Part shown: positions 13,501-22,300 of the stretch, one piece after another
Layout of the letters: every line of letters starts with the position of its first letter
Position numbering within the stretch: the first letter of the stretch is position 1
Source: Squalus acanthias
Lineage: Eukaryota
Assembly: GCA_030390025.1 (NCBI GenBank)
Contig: CM059431.1
Coordinates: 154,692,001 to 154,756,000, forward strand
DNA length: 64,000 nucleotides
Direction of reading: 5' to 3'
Position numbers and translations under genes: made by a program
Notes under the pieces: generated by a model
Database searches by the model: none
The model's input: only the letters and a program-made list of their open reading frames with translations
What the model was told of the DNA's origin: nothing

Positions 13501-16500
13501 CGCTCTGGAGCTTCCTGGTCTCCTCCTCTGAGCCCACCCCACCTCCTAGTTTAGTGTCGTCTGCAAATTTGGAAATGCTGCATCCGACTCCCTGATCCAG
13601 GTCATTAATGTAAATTGTGAACAGCTGGGGACCCAGGACAGATCCCTGTGGTACCCAACTTGTTACTGCCTGCCATTCAGAAAATGAGCCGTTTATTCCA
13701 ACTCTCTGTTTTCTATCTGACAGCCAGTGCTCTATCCACGTCAATACTTTCCCCTTTATCCCATGAGCTTCAATTTTCCCTGCTAATCTTTTATGTGGGA
13801 CCTTATCGAAGGCCTTTTGGAAGTCCAGGTACACCACATCTACTGGCTCTCCCCCATCTATTTTACCAGTTACTCCCTCAAAAAATTCCAATAGATTAGT
13901 CAAGCACGATTTACCCTTTGTAAATCCATGTTGACTCTGTCCTATCCTGTCCCCATTTGCTAAGTGCTCCGCTATTTCATCCTTAATGATGGACTCCAGC
14001 ATTTTGCCCACAACTGATGTAAGGCTTACAGGTCTGTAATTACCTGCTTTTTCCCTACCCCCCTTTTTGAATAGTGGGGTAACGTTAGCTACCCTCCAAT
14101 CCATGGGCACTGTTCCCGAGTCTAATGAATTCTGAAAAATCATACTTAGTGCATGCGCTATCTCTAGGGCCACCTCCTTCAGCACCCTAGGATGCATGTT
14201 ATCAGGCCCTGGGGATTTGTCCGCCTTCAATCCCTTTAGCTTCCTTAACACCATATCCTTAGAGATATTGACTTGCGTCAGTTCCTCCTTTGCAAATGTC
14301 CCTATTTTTCCCGATATCCCAGGGAGGTTTTTTGTGTCTTCCTTCGTAAAGACTGACCCAAAGTATGCATTTAGTTGGTCTGCCATTTCTTTATTTCCCG
14401 TTATATATTCCCCCGTATCTGAATGCAATGGGCCAACTTTGGTTTTCACCAGTCTTTTCCTCTTGATATACTTATAAAAGCTTTTGGAGTTAGTTTTTAT
14501 ATTTTCCGCCAGCTTGCTTTCGTAAGCTATTTTGCCCCTCTTGATTAAGCCCTTTGTCCTCCTTTGCTCTATCTTAAACTGTTCCCAATCTTCCGCTCTG
14601 GTGCTTTTTTGGGCTATTTTATACGCCCTATCTTTGGATTTTATGCTGTCTCTAATTTCCCCTGTTATCCACGGTTGAGTCACCTTTTTAGATTTCCTTT
14701 TATGCCAGATTGGTATAAACAATTTTTGCAATTTTGTCATTCTATCTTTAAATGCTTCCCATTGTTTATCTACCTCCAGTCCTCCCAGGAACGTTGTCCA
14801 ATCAGACCTACTCAGTTCCCGTCTAATGGCATCATAATTCCCCTTGTTTAAATTCAGGACCTTAGTCTCTGAGTCAATTTCTTCGCTCTCCATTTCGAGT
14901 GAGAAATCGATCATGTTATGATCGCTCTGACCCAAGGGTCCCCGTACAACAAGATTACTAATTAGTCCCTTCTCATTGCACAGTACCCAGTCCAATATAG
15001 CCTGTTCCCGAGTTGGTTCCTCGACATATTGATCCAGATAACCATCCCTTAAACACTCAAGGAACTCCTCCTCCTCATTATTTTTACTGATTAGGCTATT
15101 CCAATCTATATGTAAGTTAAAGTCACCTATGATGACAGCTGTGCTCTTATTGCACGCTTCTCTAATTTCCCTCGTGATGCCCTCCCCAACCTCTATTTTA
15201 CTATTTGGAGGCCTATATACCACTCCTATTAATGTTTTTCGCCCCTCGCTATTTCTTAGCTCCACCCATATAGATTCTGTATTAACTGAGTTAATATACT
15301 TCCTTTCAATTGCATTTATCCCTTCTTTTACCAGCAATGCTACCCCTCCTCCCTTTCTTTTTTGTCGATCCTTCCTAAATACTGAATACCCCTGTATGTT
15401 AAGCTCCCAGCCCTGCTCACCCTGCAACCATGTTTCCGTAATCCCAATTAGATCATAATTATTAACCTCTATTTCCACAGCTAATTCATCTACCTTGTTC
15501 CTGATGCTTCTCGCATTAAGGTATAAAACCCTCAGGCTTTTTTTATGCTCACATTTTTTATGAATTGGTTTGGCCCTTTGTTTTTTGTTCCTCACCCTTT
15601 TACCATTTATTTCTGTCTGCCTTTCACTTTCCTCTATTTCACTACATAGGTTTCTAGCCCCCTGCCATACTAGTTTAAATGCTCCCGAACTGCTTTATCA
15701 AAAATTACCCCGAGAACATCAGTTCCATCTTTGCACAGGTGTAGACCGTCCCTTTTGTATAGGTCACACCTACCACAAAACTGATGGGTAGTACCAGGTA
15801 CTGGCTACCTACAGCTAGAGAAAGCCTAACCAATTGTCGTTGACATTCAATGGCTTTACCATCGGATTTCTACCACCATGAGTATCCCGGCATCACCAGT
15901 AAAACGAGCTCTGAGATTTCACTGCCAAAATGTTTGCAGTTAACGTAATTCCAGTTGCCAAGCCCCTCGAAATGTGTAATTGAATAAGACACAATGTGCA
16001 GCCTCAGCATCATTTATCCTCATTACAGCCCCAATGGACAACCTGGAGATAGATCAAAACTGTAATAACCACATAAATCAAATCGCATGTGAATAAGTTA
16101 ACTGACACATACGAACTTAACAGTATGAATTTCCCTACGATCACGGCCGAGATTTTGCGCCCATTCTTCATCAAAACGGCCGAGAATTTCCAATTGGATT
16201 GAGCCATTGCCGGTGGTGCGGATTTAAACAATTTCTGCTGAACATGTCCAATTCGTTTCTTCTATTCTACTTCTTGCTAAGTCCCGACCCTACATTGCTC
16301 CAATGCTCAGGGACATCAACAAACCCGTCCTCGACCGAGTCCACATCCTCTCAACTCATGAATGCCATAATATCCCATTTCTTAAAGAAATCTAGACTAA
16401 TCTATGATGTTTATCTGCTCCCTTTCTCCAATAGCTCCTCACTTATGTCACACACATGTAATGAAACACAATACTGTGAATAAAGCTTGTGAGTTCAATG

Positions 16501-19301
16501 AACAGTTTGTCTGAGGGTATGACATAATGATTTGATCAATGTGGCTTATATAAGGGCAGGATTGGCAAATGAAGTGCCCTGTTATCAGCAGATCATGGTA
16601 ACTTCAGTTTAATGCAAATAGGGAGCAGTCATTAATAACAGATTCATTTGACGTATTGGAACTTCAGGACTGATATAAGAAATGATTCAAAATAGAAATC
16701 TATAAGTTTGGGGTAACACAATAATAATGGAACATTTTGTTTATAAGGCGTTCGTTATCTTACACCATACAGTGGAAAAGGGATAGAGGAAGAGTTATAT
16801 AGACAACTTGGAGGAAATGCAGCAATAACAATAACGGTGATTGGTGACTTTAAGTATCCCAAAAACAGAAGTAACATAAGTGGGGAAGGGAGGCCAGGCA
16901 TCTGAAGCTTTACCTGGACATTATTCAAGTAGGTACCATTTTATGACAATAAGAAAGGATTGAGCATTTGATCCATTTCTAAAAATTGACAGCGGCTACT
17001 CAGTGAGCTAAGTCTAGTGAAACATTCACCAATTATATCGTTAGTATTCATATGAATTAGAAGATGTTTCGTTAAAATCAAAACAATAAATTTGTTACAG
17101 GAAAATATCTAATTTCAACGAGGCTAACATATTAGCTCAGTTATATTGAGGCAGATATGATCAGATAATATGGTGGTGAGGCAATATAAAGATAGCCAGT
17201 AGAAGTTTTACGTACAAGATACACAGAGCACAAGTGAATGAAAGGAATGCAGCCCAAACTAGAATTACTTGGGCGTGCATAGAAAATGAAATAAAGAGCA
17301 GATTTTACAATTGAATGTAGGATTGTAGGGCTAGTTATATAAAACAAATGAAGAACGCCTTGGTAATATAATGAATATATAATGGATGAATGAGTGGCCG
17401 GTGACAGAGTTCAGATAATGATCACATTCCGTTTAAACTGCAAAGAAAATATTTACACAAATAACAGAGCTGCTTAGAGATGAAAAAGGAATGGTTCATA
17501 TAGATGACGATGGATTAACTGAAAACTATTAGTACCGTTTCGATGAATGAAGGTTAAACTTGGAATGAGTGAAAAACTCATTGAAGTAAATTGTAAAGAA
17601 AGTTATACGCGAGTAAAACGGGCCGCCGATTCGCTTCAGAGCGTTTGACCCAGCTGGCCAACACTGGCCAACACCTTGTGACCCATTATTTATGGTTGCC
17701 AACTTGTGCAATCTGAGTTTTACAAACCAAGCTGTGAGCTTTCAAAACGATTATTGCCCTTAACAAAGAATAATTATTGGTTTTGATCGTATCCTATACC
17801 TGTAATCTTAAGTTTGTGATTTTATTTAGCAATTTACCCTTTTCCATCAATCAGTTGCTGGTTATAATGAAAGAAAGTCCAGTCGCCCTGGGTGTCTCAA
17901 AGCTGTTCCTTTCTATCTTTATAACCTCTTCGGATCCTACAACCTGTCGAGATCCAGGCGCTGGTCCAGTTCTGGCATCTTGTGCATCCCCCATTTTCAT
18001 CGTTGCACCATTGGTGGCCTTGCCTTCAGCGGATTAGTCCCTCAGCTCTGGTATTCTCTCCCGAAACTACTATGAATCTCTAGCTCTCTCTTCTCTAAGA
18101 CTCACTTTAAATCTACTCTGTGACCAAGCTTTGGTCACCTGTCCTAATATCATCCTCTGATGCTTTATGTTACATTTTGTTTGATGACACTCCCTTTGCA
18201 AGGGTTGGGACGTTTTACTACGCTAGTTTTTGTTGTATCTAATTAATTCTCATTGCAGGCACGCCTCCTGTCTGACTAATGGCGTATTTTCCTTTTATTC
18301 GCTTATGGGATCTGGGCGTCGTTGGCAAGGACAGCAATTCTTGATCATTCCTTAATTGTTTTCTGCATCAACTCCCGATTCTGAGCTTTTCAACACTCTC
18401 CTAAGGAAAGCTAGAAATAGAAAAGACGTTTCTTATCAGAGTTTGTACATTAATTCTTTATATATGATTGCAATATACATTCTTGTTAGAAAATCAGATC
18501 CCTAGCTGAATGTCACCTCAGAAGCGATGCATCCCAACTAATTTTCGATCACGTGCTGGAAAAGGGAGCCCCTGGAGAAAGGCAAATGTGGACCATATTG
18601 CTTCAACTGCAGAACACCAAACCCAAGCTGAAAATGACTTTGTCAGAGATACAGAATAGATGTACAGAGGGAGAAAGTGATCTCGAAGGTTGGTGGTATC
18701 CAATCTAAGTTTTATTCGTTTCTGATATGTGAGCGTCGCTGCAATTGGGGGAGGAGATAGCAGAAGAGCTTGCCATAAGTTTCCAATCTTCGCTAGATTC
18801 GGGGGAGGTGCCTGAGGATTGGAAAGTGGCAAATGTGACACCATTGTTCAAGAAAGGGTGTAAGGACAATCCTGGTATCTACAGGCCGGTCAGTTTAAGA
18901 TAAGTGGTGGGTTCAGTTTTAGAAACAATAAACAAGGAAAAAATTAACGGTCACTTGGGGAGATTTAAGCTAATTAAGGTGAACCAGCACTGATTTATAA
19001 AAGGCAGATCATGTATGACTAATCTAATTGATTTTTTTGTTGAAGTAACAGGGAGGATTGATGAAGGGAATGCAAAAAATGTAGTCTACATTAATTTGTG
19101 GAAGGCTTTTGAAAAGGTGTCACATAATGGACTGGTTAACAAAATTGTTCCTCATAGATTAGGTTGGTCAGTGGCAGCTTGGACAAGGATTTGGCTTAAG
19201 GACAGAAAACTGCGATTTGTAGTAAATGGCTGTTTTTCAGACTGTAGGATGGTAGACAGTGGTATTTCCCAAGGTTTCAGTGCTGGGGCCACTGCATGTT
19301 T

Positions 19302-19347
<46 letters not shown>

Positions 19348-22300
19348 GACGTGCATATTGGAATACAGAGTAGAATTTCTAAATTTGCCGAATACACCAA
19401 ACTTGGCGTGAGGCAAACAATTAGGATGATGCCAATCGACTGCAACATGAGATAGTTAGGCTAGCAGAATGGGCAGAGAAGTGGCAGATGGAATTTAATA
19501 CAGAGAATTGTGAGGTGATGCATTTTGTTAGAAGGAAGAGGGAGAGGCAATATCCAATTAATAACACTGTTTTAAAGAGTGTGCAGGACAGGGAGCTGGG
19601 AGGTAATGCACATAGGTCCCTGAAGTTGGCAGGAGATATTGAGAGATTGGTTCGCAAAGCATATGGGATCTTGGGGCTTCATAAATAGAGGTACTGAGTA
19701 CAAAAGTAGAGAAGTTATACTGAACCTTTATAAAGCGCTGGTTAGGCCACAACTGGAGTATTGCGTCCAGACGCCGTCACCACACTTTAGGAAGGACATG
19801 AAGGTCCTTCAAGGGGTACAGAGGACATTTGCAACAATGGTTCCGGGTACGGAGAATCTTAGGTACAAGGACAGGTTGGAGAAGTTGGATTTGTTTTCAT
19901 GAGAGCAAAGGAGGTTGAGGGGTGATTTAATAGATGTGTGTAAGATCATGACGGGTTTGGATAGGCTAGACGAGGAAAGGAATCTCTCACTAGTTGAAGG
20001 TACAAGTACAAGGGGACACAAATATAATGTTTTAGGCAAGATATACAGGGGGTGGGGGTGTGAGTAAAAACATTTTTACGCAGCGAATGGTGAGGACCTG
20101 AAACTCGCTGTCGATGAAGTGGTGGAAGCGGACACGCTCATTGTTTTCAAGGGGAGACTGGATAGGTACTTCAGGCAAATAAACTTGCAGTGTTACGGGG
20201 ATAGAGCGGGGGAATGGACTGACTCGATTGCTCTACAGAGAGCCGGCACTGACTCGATGGGCCGAATGGCCTCCTTCTGTGCCGTTATGACTCTGACTCT
20301 GTGACATAAAATACCAGTAATTTACCAAGATTTACTTTTGCAATTGATTTTGAAGTTTTAAAATCTTCATTACAAGAAGTTCAAAATCCAACAGCAAACA
20401 CCCCACAAACCTGAAACTTGCTTCATGAACTATTTTTCTGTTACTTCAGAAATTCTATCAGTTTTTTTATATCAATGAGTGTCTAGGCATTAAACTGTAG
20501 AAAGTAAATACGGGATTACTCATTGCTGAGAAACTTTTCGCATTTTTTAAATTTCCTTGACGATAGGTTTCTCCTTCATAACACTGATCTGTTAAATATT
20601 TTTCTCCTTATTACAATGACTACACCAATGACGTTGTTCGTATTCAAGAGATAGAATTAAAGCACAAAGACACTCTCCGCAAACAGAATGAGAAAATAAC
20701 AGTCAAAACCACTGTAGGAAAAGAAAGATCTCGAAGATGTTTTCTGGATGAAAAGTATGCTGATGTAACGATTGTTGCTTCCCTGCGTGAGCGGAGACTG
20801 GTAGAAAATGAACTGAAAGCCCGAGGTAGAGAGCGTGAAGAATTACAGAGGAAAAACATCGAGAATGAGCTGGAAGAGATTCAGCTGGATCAGTTGCTGA
20901 GTTTCGCTAAAACAGGCAATTCTGGGACAACCGTGGTAATTGGGTCCTCGGGGATTGGGAAAAGCACCATGATACAGAAGATAATCCGGGATTGGGCCGC
21001 AGGGAAAATATACAAACAGTTTAAAGTTGTCTTTCCTTTTAAGGTTCGACAATTGAATTTAATAAATGGAAAAACATGTCTAAATAGCCTGATCCTGGAT
21101 TCCTACCCTGATTTCGAAAATGAGTTGAAACTTGTGTGGAAAGAACCCGGAAACATATTATTTATATTTGATGATTTAGACCAATTTGAACCAACCATTG
21201 ATTTCACCGATATTCCGAGAAACAACGACCCCCAATATCAGTGTTTCGATCCCGAGGGCTGCAATGAAGTGTCAGACATCGTGCGCTGCCTCATACAGGG
21301 ACATTTACTGAAAGGCTGTTCAGTGCTGATCACAAGCCGACCGTGGAAACTGGAGTCTCTGGGAAAGGCAAATATAATTCCAACGGTCGAAGTTCTGGGT
21401 TTCAAATCTGAGAAAATAAAACAATACTTCGACCGTTATTTTGGAGATGGCCATTTTTCCACAGATGTAATCAAGTACATTGAGCAGAATGAGACATTGT
21501 ACACCATGTGCTATAACCCTCTGTACTGCTCGGTCCTCGCTTCATTATTAGAGTCACACCGGACAGAAGGAGCGCAGGAGAGAGCATTGTCCGTCACAAC
21601 CAGCACAAAGGTATTCTCCGCTTACGTCACAAGACTTCTAGAGAGATGCGGCTGTGACGCGGAAACTTCTTGCGACATGTGGCTGAAATTGGGCGAGTTA
21701 GCGTACCAGGGAGTTTGCAACAAAACCGTTTTGATTATGACAGACCAGTTCAATCGCCACATAATCGAACATTCCAATCTTATCTGTGCGCTTATGATGG
21801 AGATTCCAGACAAAGACATGTGTACTGTTGTCTACACATTCACTCACTCCGTTATCCAGGACTTTGTCGCTGCTCTTGCGAAAAGTCGAAGTACAGCAGG
21901 AAATGGACTGACACGATTGCTCGATAACGGATACACGTGCGCTGACGACAGATTTAGGACATTTTCACGGTTTCTCGTTGGTCTCTCCTCACGGCATTCA
22001 ACTGATCAGCTTGAGCGGAAATTAGGTACATTTCCTTCTGAAGCAATCCCTTGTGTGTCGGATTGGCTGAAAAAAAATGTCGAAAAACGCGTTACAAACT
22101 TAGAAGATGGGCAAACCCAAAGGACCTTCTTAAAGATATTGGATTATTTCCGTGAATTCGGAGATACAAACCTTAAGATGGCCGCGTTAACACCGATTAA
22201 AAAGGCCATTTTCACACAATGTCGTCTCAAACCTTTTGACTGTGCGATTATTTCAACCACGTTAGTGGCCGTTGAACTCGTAGAAGAGCTGAATCTGGAC

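Larger units (their letters stand above)
1..18743 (+). repeat. Tandem segmental duplication with a ~4.6 kb core unit; copies start at 1, ~9354 and ~17098 (third copy partial)
   Basis: Co-linear anchors (e.g. tattagctcagttatattgaggc, ctttggtcacctgtcctaatatc, gaaagctagaaatagaaaagacg) recur in all three copies. Removing the CR1 insertions leaves periods of about 4610 and 4590 nt. Confidence 0.95.
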
